A DNA stretch of 64,000 nucleotides from a virus. Shown piece after piece: positions 18,601-30,000 of the stretch. The translations under genes were made by a program, and so were the position numbers. The stretch's first letter is position 1; each line of letters starts with the position of its first letter. Location: the IMG/VR virus record IMGVR_UViG_3300003690_003472, positions 32,001 through 96,000 of that record. The stretch is one strand, 5' to 3'. Under the pieces are notes generated by a model. The model was not told the origin of the DNA and ran no database searches. It saw only the letters and a program-made list of their open reading frames with translations.

Positions 18601-19870
18601 TTATTTAAATAACTACAATGATTCCAAATTGAACGGCGGTGTGGGAGCGGGCACGGCATGGACGCGCCAGTATCAATACGAAGCCATTTTTTGGTCTGTT
18701 ATAAGAGATACATGCTTAGACAGTCCTTTTGATTTGTGGTTTGATTTTTCACTAGGAATGAGGCTTAATTTAGTGGTGCCAGTGGAACAGAGCGGCAAAC
18801 TTCAATCGCAGCTATTTTCTAAAGTCATAGATGAGGCAGGGAAGGTCTATATTAATAATATTGATGCTGTTAGCCGTCAAAAATATATTGATGATAAAGC
18901 GTTTATAATTAAACACGGGATTAAAGATGAAAAGCCCCCCCCCGGCGCGCCCGAGTCGAGTTATACTGAAGAAAGCCGATGGATGTGTATACCATTAGAT
19001 TCTGTAGAATTTTCTGCTGAAGAATTTTGCAATCTCGTTGGCGATGTAGCCAAGACGTCCACTGCATCAGACTTTTCCGACAAATCTCCATGGGGACAAA
19101 TATTTTATAGAGACGACGCGAACCAGCTGAGCCTTTTACAAGATTTTAATTCCGATTATATGGGCACTGATCGTATACCAACTATAGTTCACACAAAAAC
19201 AGGGTCGCCATGGCTGGATAAGACAGCGCCGACCAATTGGACAACTAGACCAACTTTGTGGGCGATATCAGCATTAATAAATCACAACACAATGGATTTA
19301 AAAAAGGAAGGAGTACCTGATACACAAAAAGGTTGGCACAGAGATCTACTTGGAGTTTTAAAAGCGGAATTATCAAATAAAATTTTAGGCATGAAGGGGA
19401 AATATGGAGATTATTCTGGTAATGGTGTGAACCCATTACTTAGTGAAATAATGCCCATTAAAGAAAGTATATTAACCACTGTATTTTTATATAGATATTC
19501 TATGCAAGCTACATATCCTAAATTAGATACTATTTTAAAACCAGTGAAGGACACCATAAACACTTACATTGAACAATATTGGGCAGCTATTAATGGTGAT
19601 TATTCATTTATGAATGATAAAATGAGTATAGATCCTGGTGACAAAATAGACCACTCAACAGATCCTGCAGAGATCGCAAATCAATTTTTCGTGTTAATAT
19701 TACAAATGGCTGCAAACATGATTGATCCAACTTGGAAAACACCATGGTTTCTGCCTGGCCCCTTAACTCCGGTTGGGATGATAGCCAAAGGCTTGTCTTA
19801 TGATGGCAGCGACGATAAAGATGTCGAAGATCTTCCTGAAGACGTCTTTGATCAAGAAGAATGTGAATAA
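12644..19870 (+). CDS. Giant (2408 aa) tail/baseplate structural protein
   Basis: 7.2-kb uninterrupted ORF with GAGG RBS between the gp5-like and gp25-like genes; no enzyme motif recognised. Confidence 0.75.
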   Translation: MAAIYGTEKVKQAARRIWYKLTKQPEKGFIVQIGTEDKTVTVKGKDYPVIGAPTYNMSREFFITAMAAEYAATWAQKDENKDKQWTDYIKEKQREYKMGNGTVGPTFGALSSGAEIEDKIDWWRQKKAHLSPNRMYYVVPLVFDKVFNNSALKDYIDPNTEKLKISDGIFKNFQKEEEKEDEFLNGIKRMALQKLALNLSKALTHDNKQDDAANYGFFPIGSTIVKETTSGPEEIQIAEHWYMEARGKEYQRVWIKVLFDKDWIDGLPNKTDSSLDFTQVTREVMIFAKDFHKQLEDLKMILYHLDVQLRGSNNVDEAYPAIDMSFDANCTAGKVDKIFEVINNFLIANGKPDLTNPGDAPTNAAIQFGFTEGLGLQYVAYSDMPDCLCDQENLNAYTLKKGIDQLKNTPPIDQQTINGFLYYLPEITSKYAKYFKTSNKKAALFGTEQSWVEFIQTYVYPETPIIHLVPGSDTDDDSFYISAIQDIMANPVWAKVAGGDYIKDPMNLLSQEIKDTVLAASNVQNINAGDGALMEALHSELLSMTALYDQLLNRIPMVDLIKMAAIMIFKCIAGDDLKKRLCKMALENIPIEEIRIVLYPCLMELGEEGEAGIIKLEEQITGRKGMLYEWANERFPDKFPQDGEADAAAMAQMTKLYCADPNFASKLGRSPDDFNHELAAWVDDSATMAICDCAIELYGKALELYNNVQDLAEDIIDAVNSEKSKAKSIEMQATISLERIFMPFYNGIIDFLDNFGKMILNALVEMVKQIIVSAVLVTLQYVKAEILGNLMKDLCGGKGFSGQNFGDFIMGQELYKDKGEFGPSKILEKFDIKNLKGYFGEDIQRLWDSISSLHEGYSPSEIQRIFTTPCNDNSANSIYQKLQADWADPAVISKLSSAYPGIPLNELLAASETTNKSGTEFPFTPQDGTDIDITKELNGLPSVGDIHDFCNAFGKTLDRSKLDQYQQNYLQTKQILCDLCTPGSGFAEVLAASLGDKDVLPLTEGEQDKMWKDLESFFPLIDPQRMQDNIPPMFCGPCTPRQRGMEPLMPKQTHETQVFAQEKINRDTYKIIDEAFNNDLSVYKGIITETAARLGDYQKQLLDEINKLTIVMSGSNPPHYTANIMGIMIPDQEEGKYMGEDGNLATFTPFEAMSFASLQVANNYKIQEAEGTAFVAGSLRDLILKIIETDNADQITSFNEVEQYAELSYEIPNTPYHMYTIFNFGDKEQTFKYEGKEFAKIKPGSIKIIVMNTHADDIDYEWPKSDSLAEEDQMKNFDMNSVPFFLMLNYQNYNQKVPADFYLEFTNALSAEGISFLKSLIPIASSYIFETVFLRGTQYDLFNAQKFSNLPLTNEEAKKHCIGNAGATPLLDTEKMIDDVNKTREALECVISFFDNPDAVQISNIYGLYKMMIKICIIEECLKNIFAFGFIKISDVLETNAYMDYMLRNIKELVDSGLGESGYSKLLEYSEKIVNGRYQLGQLDEDEDLTALKSKEQCLEILVKESALEISDIFDNRVKYLVDPEWEEKMIAFQDIVDEGEPPNLLPRFIQYAINPVYMDPLYHSMPIPSEGWVSTGGSEDDQFMPIASIPAFINSVDETFPFPIETPMGEEYKYNGGLFFEPYIRVESKLEGSTFEWNAENAITEFWVKFKKAYYLKKERLFGNKPELVGYSLGLGSVKGVENSPPSVFAGGGFGSTAEHVDHSYKLKHEHGKYVPNFNEGLVDTQTHEARQQMYDFIDDMIGIIDDADSLLDSPLFLRFFKTFFAPMGPSWNIPNAIDWNEVGMSGNAKWLGRSLSFIVSSLAGPAGSDGYSADGILGKDLWTANYHNVGTDDLSQDSSFTWLNGHYWWQNSPLGGYIEPGKIGNLNYANRGCTSFNLAGIAPGSGPACAEIPGTDSGFGPEIICNLDEEGDEGKSMIASFYYGKSRRLIRNGVASYEGIFTNLKNLDANLMKWTGALPGNDAIRASLGELLTWEGIEFEPLQTYLNNYNDSKLNGGVGAGTAWTRQYQYEAIFWSVIRDTCLDSPFDLWFDFSLGMRLNLVVPVEQSGKLQSQLFSKVIDEAGKVYINNIDAVSRQKYIDDKAFIIKHGIKDEKPPPGAPESSYTEESRWMCIPLDSVEFSAEEFCNLVGDVAKTSTASDFSDKSPWGQIFYRDDANQLSLLQDFNSDYMGTDRIPTIVHTKTGSPWLDKTAPTNWTTRPTLWAISALINHNTMDLKKEGVPDTQKGWHRDLLGVLKAELSNKILGMKGKYGDYSGNGVNPLLSEIMPIKESILTTVFLYRYSMQATYPKLDTILKPVKDTINTYIEQYWAAINGDYSFMNDKMSIDPGDKIDHSTDPAEIANQFFVLILQMAANMIDPTWKTPWFLPGPLTPVGMIAKGLSYDGSDDKDVEDLPEDVFDQEECE

Positions 19871-19982
19871 TACTTAATACTTTAAAAGTCAAAAGAAGAT
19901 AATTTAACTTAATTTTGGCAAGATAATAGCAGTAAATTTATGATTTAAGCTCTAATTATTAGAAAAGAGGGTTAAATAAAAG

Positions 19983-20324
19983 ATGACAGTCGGCTATTCT
20001 AAAACATTAAAAGAGGTTATACAACAAAATATAAAAATGATCGTATTAACCTCTCCGGGAGAAAGGATGATGAACCCCTCTTTTGGTGTGGGAGTAAGAG
20101 ATTATTTATTTAGTGCTGAACAGGTGGCCTTTTTAAATCTTAAAAATAAAATACTTGAACAAGTTGGAAAATATTTACCTATTGTACAAATAAAAAACAT
20201 AAATGTGCTTGATGTTAATGCGGATGATGTCACCTCAGATACACAAAGTTTAGGCATAAGAATTATATATAACATTCCAAGCCTAGGTATAAGTGAGAAT
20301 TTAGAAATAACACTTGCTGCATAA
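19983..20324 (+). CDS. Baseplate wedge protein gp25/GPW family
   Basis: QNIKMIVLTSPGERMMNPSFGVGVRDYLF signature. Confidence 0.9.
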   Translation: MTVGYSKTLKEVIQQNIKMIVLTSPGERMMNPSFGVGVRDYLFSAEQVAFLNLKNKILEQVGKYLPIVQIKNINVLDVNADDVTSDTQSLGIRIIYNIPSLGISENLEITLAA

Positions 20325-20351
20325 AGAAATATTATTGAGGAAAAATTAAAG

Positions 20352-22142
20352 ATGCCAAAAATAAAGCCAGCAATAAATTATACTAGTAGAGAATTTAGTT
20401 CGATTAGAGCTGATTTAGAATCATATGTAAAAAGATATTATCCTAATACGTTTAGAGATTTTACAGAAGCATCTTTTGGTTCTTTAATGTTAGATACAAT
20501 TTCTTACGTTGGTGATATGCTATCGTTTTATGTTGATTATCAAACAAATGAATCTTTTTTAGATACAGCAATGGAGTTTGATAATGTTTTGAAACTAAGT
20601 CGAGAGCTTGGATATAAATATTCTCCTAACCCATCTTCTTATGGCTTTTGTAACTTTTATATAACTATTCCAACAGAACCAGACGGACCAGGCCCTGATT
20701 CAGATTATATGCCGATTCTCAGAAAGGGTTCAACTTTTTATTCTACTTCAAACGCACTGTATACTCTTTTAGAAGATGTAGATTTTTCTCTTGGGATTAA
20801 CCCTATTGTATCTGCTGAACAAGATGAAACTAACGCTACTCCACTTTCTTATGCGGTTCGTGCTTCAGGTCAAGTAATTTCTGGCGAATTAGCAGTACAA
20901 GAAGTTCCTATAGGAGAATATCAAAAATTTCTAAGAATTGCTGTTGATGGAGCTAACATTAGTGAGATTGTCACAGTATACGATGATAACGGAAACCAAT
21001 ATTATGAAGTTGACTATCTAAGTCAAGATATAATACATGTACCTGTTTTAAATAAAGGAAGCGACTCACAAACAGTTCCTTTTATTCTCAAACCTGTTTC
21101 TGTATCTAGGAGATTTAGAACAGAATACAGTCCGGACGGTTGCTCTCTACAATTTGGTCACGGCAACCAGGAAACACCGATAGAAGTTAAAGATCCATCT
21201 GAAGTTATATTAAACATACATGGAAAAAATTATGTCACAGATACATCATTTGATCCATCTATATTAAATAAAACTGATAAACTTGGTGTTGTACCATCCG
21301 ACACAATATTAACTATCATTTATAGAATCAACACAACTGAAAACACAAACGCTGCAGCTAATTCAATAAATTCTGTTGCTTCTGCTCAGTTTCAATTTAA
21401 TTCTCCAGAAGGGTTGGATGAGGGTAAAATGTCATCCGTTCGAAATAGTATGGCAGTTTTAAACGAATCTCCCATCACTGGTGATGTGTCGATAATTCCC
21501 GTGGAAGAGCTAAAAGAACGCGCCATTGGAAATTTCGCATCTCAGAACAGAGCAGTTACAAAACAAGATTATGTGAGCATGGTATATAACATGCCTTCAA
21601 AATATGGAAAAATTAAAAGAGTTGCGATTGAGCTAGATAACGACTCATACAATCAAAGAAATATAAATTTGTATGTTTTATCAGAAGATACGGATCAGTT
21701 TTTTACACAATCCAGTAACACTCTTAAAAACAACCTAAAAACATGGATTAATGAATACAAAATGATTAATGATACGATTGACATACTTGATGCTAAGATT
21801 TCTAATTTTGGCATTATTTTTGAGGTGGTTGCTTTTCCTGGTAGTAATAAATATGATGTTTTAAATGAATGTAATAGGGCTTTACAAGCGGCATATGATA
21901 AAACATATGACATTGGCGAACCAATAATAGTAACTGATGTATACCAAATATTAAAATCAGTACCGGATTTATTAGATGTTGCAAAAGTTAGCATTGTAAT
22001 AAAAAGCGGGAGTGAATATGCTGATTCTCCCATGTCAATAGAGGAGGCCAGATCTATCAATGGAAGATTTGTTGTTCCTCCCATTGACACAATTTTTGAA
22101 ATGAAATTTCCCGAATCAGACATAGTGGGGACTGTAACATAA
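20352..22142 (+). CDS. Baseplate wedge protein (T4 gp6 / Baseplate J-like)
   Basis: YTSREFSSIRADL, FTEASFG...LDT.SYVGD.LSFY.DYQ.NE.FLDTA, and SQNRAVTKQDY motifs. Confidence 0.9.
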   Translation: MPKIKPAINYTSREFSSIRADLESYVKRYYPNTFRDFTEASFGSLMLDTISYVGDMLSFYVDYQTNESFLDTAMEFDNVLKLSRELGYKYSPNPSSYGFCNFYITIPTEPDGPGPDSDYMPILRKGSTFYSTSNALYTLLEDVDFSLGINPIVSAEQDETNATPLSYAVRASGQVISGELAVQEVPIGEYQKFLRIAVDGANISEIVTVYDDNGNQYYEVDYLSQDIIHVPVLNKGSDSQTVPFILKPVSVSRRFRTEYSPDGCSLQFGHGNQETPIEVKDPSEVILNIHGKNYVTDTSFDPSILNKTDKLGVVPSDTILTIIYRINTTENTNAAANSINSVASAQFQFNSPEGLDEGKMSSVRNSMAVLNESPITGDVSIIPVEELKERAIGNFASQNRAVTKQDYVSMVYNMPSKYGKIKRVAIELDNDSYNQRNINLYVLSEDTDQFFTQSSNTLKNNLKTWINEYKMINDTIDILDAKISNFGIIFEVVAFPGSNKYDVLNECNRALQAAYDKTYDIGEPIIVTDVYQILKSVPDLLDVAKVSIVIKSGSEYADSPMSIEEARSINGRFVVPPIDTIFEMKFPESDIVGTVT

Positions 22143-24010
22143 TGGCTTTTAAAAGATATTTTGCAGACGCAGATACTACAATCACAAACGCATATAGAGC
22201 TAATCTGCTTTTGCGCGGCGTTAGTGGCAACATGGGACAATCTGATATATTAGAAACTTTTTCTATATATGCTCAAGCTAGCAGTGCATCGTCAGAATCA
22301 ACAAGAATTCTTATTAAATTTCCTGCAACTGGAACAGATTCTGGATATATTTCTTATGATAGGGAACAATCAAATATACCTGCTTCTGGGAGTGTTTCAT
22401 TTTATTTAAGAATGTTTAATGCTTTACATTCACAAACAACTCCAAAGAATTTTAATTTAATAGTTTCTGCTGTATCACAATCGTGGCAAGAGGGCAACGG
22501 CCTTGATATGGAAGAATATTCAGACGAAGACCAGGCTAACTGGTTATATAGAAATAATACAAAAATTGCTCAAGATACAACAGCTTCTTTTGGATCTAAC
22601 ACAAAAAGTGATTATGCAGGAAAATATATAAGTTTATATGATACTGCGCCCAGTAAAAGCAGATATAATTTTTGGTTTCAAACTGATGGCGCCGATATTG
22701 CTCCAGTTTTAAATGGTACAGAAATTGAAGTTGATATTTCTGCTGGCGCTACCAACACGGCTATAGAGTATGCTCGCGAATTTCAACTTGTTGTTGACGA
22801 TCAAAGCCAATTTGATGCCGAATATGACGGCTCCGCAAACATAGGGATAACAAATTCAACCGCTGGAGCAGTTACGGTTCCAACAGGAAATGTAGACGTA
22901 ATAACTTTATCAACCACAACATCAGGTTCAGATTATACTTTATGGGACACTGAAGGTGGCGCCTATTTTTCAGATGCATCTTCTTCATTTACAGCTTCAT
23001 TTGATTCTGGTTTTGAAAACATGGAATTAGATATTACCCCACTAGTTGAGCAGTGGATATCTAGTAGCCTGCAAGGAGAAAAGGAAAATTATGGCGTTGG
23101 TATTAAATTGACATCAGCAGAAGAAGGTGCTATTACTTCTTATTATACTAAAAAGTTTTTTGCCAGAGGTTCACAATATTATTTTAAAAGACCCTGTATT
23201 GAAGCTCGATGGGATTCTTCAAGGAAGGATAATAGAGCAAGTTTTTATTATAGTAGCTCTATGGCACCCGCAGCAGATAATTTAAATACGATTTTTCTTT
23301 ATAATTATGTACGCGGCCAATTAAAAAACATACCTGGAGTGGATACTGGAGAAATATTAGTTAGTATTTATTCAGGTTCATCAATAAACACTAGCCCTTC
23401 TGGTTCAAAATTAGCATTAAGCGAAGGCGGCGGAGTAGCTACAGCAGCAGATCCAAACGCAACAGGCTCTTATGTTGCAACTGGTATATATTCTGCTTCT
23501 TTTGCGTTTACTGGTTCAACCTCCTTAACTACAATTTATGATGTATGGCATAGCGGTAGCGTAGAATATTTTACTGGAACTATAGAACCAAAAAACTTAA
23601 GTCAAACTTGGCCCGGTGTTTCAATGAACCCAAATCAACAATTTGTTAGTAAAATTACCAATTTAAAATCATCTTATTTGTCTCAAAATACAAGTGCACG
23701 ACTTAGATTATATACTAGAAAAAAAGACTGGAGCCCAACTATTTATGCAGTATCATCTAATACTGCACCAATTGATCAAGTTGAAGATGCTTATTACAGA
23801 GTTTATCGTGTAAGTGATGGATTAAATGTAATATCGTATGGAACAGGAAGCGATAATCATACAAAATTATCTTATGATATTAGTGGAAGTTATTTTGATT
23901 TGGATATGTCGTTTCTTGAATCAGACCAAACATATGCAATAAAATTTGTTTATTATCTTAATTCACAATATGTTGAACAATCTGAAGAATTTAGATTTAG
24001 GATAGAATAA
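22142..24010 (+). CDS. Baseplate-associated structural protein (DNRLRE-like N-terminus, Ig-like C-terminus)
   Basis: DADTTI...RILIKF, LDITPLVEQW...NYGVGIK and KFFARG...RPCIEARW patterns; follows the gp6-like gene. Confidence 0.55.
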   Translation: MAFKRYFADADTTITNAYRANLLLRGVSGNMGQSDILETFSIYAQASSASSESTRILIKFPATGTDSGYISYDREQSNIPASGSVSFYLRMFNALHSQTTPKNFNLIVSAVSQSWQEGNGLDMEEYSDEDQANWLYRNNTKIAQDTTASFGSNTKSDYAGKYISLYDTAPSKSRYNFWFQTDGADIAPVLNGTEIEVDISAGATNTAIEYAREFQLVVDDQSQFDAEYDGSANIGITNSTAGAVTVPTGNVDVITLSTTTSGSDYTLWDTEGGAYFSDASSSFTASFDSGFENMELDITPLVEQWISSSLQGEKENYGVGIKLTSAEEGAITSYYTKKFFARGSQYYFKRPCIEARWDSSRKDNRASFYYSSSMAPAADNLNTIFLYNYVRGQLKNIPGVDTGEILVSIYSGSSINTSPSGSKLALSEGGGVATAADPNATGSYVATGIYSASFAFTGSTSLTTIYDVWHSGSVEYFTGTIEPKNLSQTWPGVSMNPNQQFVSKITNLKSSYLSQNTSARLRLYTRKKDWSPTIYAVSSNTAPIDQVEDAYYRVYRVSDGLNVISYGTGSDNHTKLSYDISGSYFDLDMSFLESDQTYAIKFVYYLNSQYVEQSEEFRFRIE

Positions 24011-24011
24011 T

Positions 24012-27000
24012 ATGGCTATGGACTATAAAAAACTCTATGAAGAAAATCAAATAATTCTAACCAATGCAAGTCCCGAAAAATTAAAAATAGACGCTGAGTC
24101 TGTTGAGTACATGCGGGAGTATTTTAAGAGGAAAGATAGATTTGTTCCGCCTGTTAATTTTTCTGATCCTAAAAATTTCGCACGCTTTGGTTCTGCAGAA
24201 AAATATTATATTGATGCTATTGATAGAATCTATCAAACATATCCCTATGATGGTTCTTTAAAAGAGCGAGTACAGTGGGAGCTGAGTTCTTCTTATTTTG
24301 ATTTATATATTTTTGATGAAGTATACCCAAGAACAAATGGATATATTATTTTTTCTGCAGATGGTTGGTCATCACAAAGTGATGTACATGAAGACTATGG
24401 AGAGCCAACAACAAAAGAATATATTTTCTCAAAAGGTGGCCCAAACACTTCTAAGCGCTCAAAAGATAAAGGCATACGAGATGTAAGTGGCGATTATAGT
24501 AGTGGTTATGCTAATTTTTGGGAGCCGAAAAAAAATAGAGAATGTAATTTAAAAATTGGCGGTGTAGATGGTAACACTGTAGAGTTTTGGATGAAAAAGT
24601 CTGATTTTATTCCTACACTTACTGGGCGTGAAGTTATATTTGATGCCTACACTGAAAACTATATATCTTCTAGTTTAAACTATGGCCGACTAACAATTGA
24701 GATGACATCTTCAGCAGACGCTGCACCATTCAGAATAACATATATGTCTGGTACTTCTGGCTTTGCAGATGAAATTATTGGTTCTTCGCTCACTACGGCA
24801 TCTGTTGCAGATGATTCATGGCATCACTATGCATTTACTTTTAAAAATAATCCCAAAGACACAAGCGAGATAGAGGCTAATTTCTATTTTGATGGTGTTT
24901 GTAATGAAACTATTCTTACTGGTTCTTCGGTCGATTATGTAAGCTCAAGTGTAAATGCAATTATTGGCGCACTTTCAACTGCGCCATCTGGAAGTGTTGG
25001 TACTGCGGCGGCCATTGGTTTGGGGTGGGGTAAATTATCTGGTTCATTAGATGAATTTAGATTTTGGAAAACAAAACGCACCTCAAATCAGATTAATCGT
25101 TATATGATTGAGCCTGTCGGCGGCGGCACAAATACAGATGATGCAAACACAGATCTTGGAGTATATTATAAATTTAATGAAGGCATTACACAAACTGCTT
25201 CTATTGATGAAAACATATTGGACTACTCTGGAAGAATAAGCAACGGTAGTTTTGTTGGATATGGCTCTACCGCTCGCAATGTTGGTTCCGCAATGATAAG
25301 CTCTGGTTTGGTTGACCATGAATTTAAGGATCCAATATTGTATAATTTTCATCCTGATGTACAAAACTTAAGAGAGGATAAAAAACAAATAGGATTGATG
25401 CATGATTATTCTAACAATGCATCGATTTATCATTCACTGCCAACCTGGATTACAGAAGAAAATGGCGATGCTGAATATTCTCCATTAAGAAATTTGATTC
25501 AAATTATGGGTAGTTATTTTGATACAATTTCACAACAAATCGAAGCAATTTCTTACTTAAAACATAAAAACTATTTAAGTTCAAGTTTTAAACCATATCC
25601 TTTTGCTGATAGATTATTACAATCTATTGGATTTACAGAATTTCCAGAATTGTTTTCTGATGCAACAGCATTAGAATATTTTTTGAGTAGAAATGAAAAA
25701 ACACTTTTCGAAAAGAAATTATATGATGTAAAAAATAGTATATATCAAAACATTTATAATAATATTGTATATATTTACAAAACTAAAGGTACTGAAAAAT
25801 CATTTAGAAACCTTATTCATTGCTTTGGTTTGGGTGATGAAATTTACAGAATTAACACATATGGTAACCGTGTTAAATATCGATTAAAAGATAATTTTAA
25901 AACCACATCAGAATATAAAAAGTATGTTAATTTTACTTTAACCGGCACTGCAGAAGCAAGCGTTTTTCCATATTCAGCTAGTACAAATTTTAATTCTCAA
26001 GCAGCTATTAGCGCTTCAAATGGCGATAATCTTTCTTATTTGAGTTTTACAATGGAAAATGAGGTATTTTTTCCGATAAGACATAGCCTTGCTGATAGTA
26101 ATACTACAGTCTCGACAAAAAAGGGACCAAGCAGACAATTTCGAACCACCGTTCCATATATAACTGCTTCTTTGTTTGGAATTCATCAAATCGATGCGGA
26201 CTCCGCTGGCAATGATTTAACTTGGGCTAGTAGCGATTATGCAAATTTTCAAGTTCAACTTTTCAAATCAAGCGATTTTTCTAAAAGAGCCAAATTTGTA
26301 TTAAGGGGCACTGGTGATTCTGTAATAGGTCCCCTAGAACTTGAAAGCGATTACATTGATGATGTTTTTGATGATACTCGTTGGACATTTTCTGTAAGCG
26401 TTAGACCAGGATTATTTTCCCAATCAGAACTTGTAAGCGGCTCAAACGATCCAAATTATAAAGTAGAATTTTATGGTGTTGAAAAAGTTATAGATACTGT
26501 TAGAAATGAATTTTTAATAACCGGCACATTATCTACTACAGATGGTCAACGATTTATGACCAACCCCAAAGCTCCATTTATAGGCGCCCATCGAACAAAC
26601 TTTTCTGGAACTTTACAAGAAAAAACAGATGGAAATATGTCCTCTACGCGAGTTTGGCTAAGCTATTTGCCGACAGGCACCCTTAAACAACACAATCAAG
26701 ATGTAAAAAATTATGGTACCGATCACCCGTATCGAAGTAACTACTTATACCCAACATCATTAACTGAAACTCGGGTTCCTCAAATAGATACATTAGTTTT
26801 AAATTGGACTTTTGATAATATTACCGGGTCTGATTCTAGTGGAGAGTTTTTAGGAGAAGATTTTTCTTCTGGTTCTACTAGTAAACAAGAACGCTACGGT
26901 TGGTTCGGTGAAATTGTTGGGAAACAATATTTGCCGAAAGGTATTGATTTCCCTGCAAACACATCATTTCTTATAAATAAAAAATATGTTTATTCTGCCA

Positions 27001-30000
27001 AAAAGCAGTTACCAGAGATCATAAATAGTTCAGATATGGTTAACATTTTACAAGATGATGATAGATTTTTTAATAAAGTTGATTTATTGCGTCCAACAAA
27101 CTCTTATCTTTCAATAGAAAAAAGTATGTATCAAACCATATCCGAAGAAATGGTTAAAATGTTTTCTACCATTAAAGATTTTAATAATTTAATTGGCGAG
27201 CCAGTAAATAAATATCGCGACGACTATAAACATATGTCAAAGCTTCGACAACTCTTCTTTGAAAGAGTCGGTAACACTCCAGATTTAGATAAATATATTG
27301 ACTTTTATAAATGGGTAGATATTACACTAGACACTCTTCTTGGTTATTTAGTACCAGCTTCTGGAGATATTAGTGATGAATATGGCAGCAATGTTCGTAC
27401 AATGGTGGAAAATCATTTATTGCAAAGAAATAAATATAAGTGGCAATATCCAACGCTAGAAGATAAAACTCCAGATATCGAAGGAAACGTTCTTGGAATT
27501 AAGGAACTTCTTTATAATTGGGAGTTTGGCACACCACCACTACCAGATTCTCCCCTAGATCAATCTCAAGATTGTCGTTGGTGGAAAGAAAGAGCAGAAA
27601 GAACTCAAGGTGACTTATCTTCAGGAGATTCATATGTTGATTCTGATAGACAAACAATATTAGACACTATTATGAATGAGACAAATGCGTCGGCTCCAAT
27701 CTTAGCAAAAAGTAGTTCAAGCGGAATAGAAACATATGCCGGTTCTACCTATGCAATTAGAAAATTGGCAAGACCTTATCAATTCAAAACCGATCAAGTC
27801 GATACGCAAAAAAATGCACTTACTTCTTATCAAAATAAAAATGTTGGTTTTTTCGGCCCAATTAATCAATTTCGAGCTGGTGCAATATATGGAATTATAC
27901 AAGTAGATGAAGACGATTTTTATAGTTTTAAAGACTGTGATGATGATTTAGAATTAAACAACGGCAAAAGAAAATATAGCTTTACTGCCAGAAGTAAAAT
28001 TTTAAGAGAAGCTTTTTTATATAATGATAAAAGTTTAGCCTTTCCAGGCGGCGCCGCGCCATGGGATGACCACCAAGCTTTAATTTCTGACTCTGATAGT
28101 TTAAGTTTTGGTGCCGATGGTACAATAGGTAATGAGCCCTCATTCTCTATTTCCGCTTGGGTATATATGACTGACGCGTCAAATTTTGCAATTTTTTCAA
28201 AGGCGCAATCAACGACAAGAGAATATGCCTTAGACACCGGCGGCAGCGATAATTTGATTTTTAGAATATACGATAGCGCACACACTGTTTATATTGGCGT
28301 CACCACGTTTGGAGCATTCGGCGCGCTAACAGCTTATGAAAATCAGTGGGTGCACATATGTGCTACTTATGACGCCAGCAGAGCATATACAGGCATGAAG
28401 CTGTATATTAATGGCGCAGCCATTTCTACAGCCCAAAGTGACGCCGGATCATATACAGCCATGCATAACACGGGAGAAGATGCGCAATTTGGCCGCATGT
28501 ACGACGCGCAAGCCTTAATGACCACTGGATTTATTGATGAGACGTCTGCTTTTAATAAAGAACTTAGCTCCGCAGAAGTATTAGAGCTTTATAACGATGG
28601 AGTTGTATTTGATTTAGAAGAGAGTTTTTCTGCAGCTGCTAATTTAGTTTCATGGTGGCGAATGGGAGATAAGGCAACTGGTACATCTCCAGATTATACG
28701 ATACCAGATCAAATAGGCAGTAATGATGTTGCAATGTCAAATTTTGACGGCACTTCAACTAGTGGTGTAGTTAATAAAGCGGCGCCTACCGTAACGTTTG
28801 AGGTTGATGATTATGATGACGAATATAAAGGTGATAAAATACTTCCATTTAATTTATATAGTTCATCTATAGAAGGTGGCGTTAACGAATTTATAGATGA
28901 TAATTTTAAAGAAGGTGTTGATATAACAAACTTACATTTAGATACTTATAGTCCAGATTATGAAATCCCAATACAGAGTACATTCACCGAAAGATTCGTT
29001 GGTGGACACCCACATAGACATGTATATACAAATTTTGCTCCTGATAATGATACTCCGGATACCAGCGCTGAAAGACTAGAAGGTTGGAAGCTTGATATAA
29101 ATTCTAATTCTTTAAAAGTTTTAAACGCCGATTATGGAAACGCTAATTTTCCAAGATCTCGTTTTCTTAGAGATGAATATGCAAAGCGCCCCATTAATAT
29201 TAAAAATATTCAAATGACGACGGGATCTGATGGCTATATAGATCCAGACAATACTACAAAAATTGGTAACTATACTAGCAAATATGAATTAGTTATGACC
29301 AGCGGCCGTTCTATTAATAATAGATATTTCGTTAAAAATGGGGGAATTACCACAAGCTCAATTGATTCTAAAACAATTGAGGGTGTTATGGAATATAGTT
29401 TGCCGGGCGCCCTAAAGTCAGACGTAGTACGCACACAGGTTACAAATAATAGTTTAACTTCTTCTGCACGAAATGATTATATTATTGTTAATCGCTTTGC
29501 AGCACCGGGCGATCCCACCACAATGACGCTTGCATATTTAGACGTTGCATCACAAGAATATTCAACTTATAATGCAATGACATGGCGCAATTTAATTGTT
29601 AGGCAGGATTTAAATGAACAATATACGGATCATACCAAACAGTTTGGTTATTTTAGTGATACACAAAATTCAGCTAGTTATGCTTTAGCAGGTGAAACCT
29701 ATCCAGGCACTAGTGGATCTGTAAATGCGCTTAACTATGAAGGATCTGCATCCTTTCATAAAGTTAATAGGAACTCACGTCGTGTAATTAAGCTTGATAG
29801 TTCTGATACTTATATATCGGGAACTGTTTATGACAATTGGTTTGTACAACATCAGATTCCACAATCAGATTTACAATATGCTTGGATTACAGCGAGCGTT
29901 ATTAATGATTATACTGGGTCTGCACTTTATGGTTTTGAACAACCAGATTTTAGTAATGCTAGCTTAGCCTCTACTGATATTACATTTTGTAGTGCTAGTG

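Noticed and set aside
12644-19870. Tape measure protein call for the 2408-aa ORF
   Set aside because: No TMP-like Ala/Gly heptad or Trp-periodic repeats, and it is not adjacent to sheath/tube genes; left as an unassigned structural protein.
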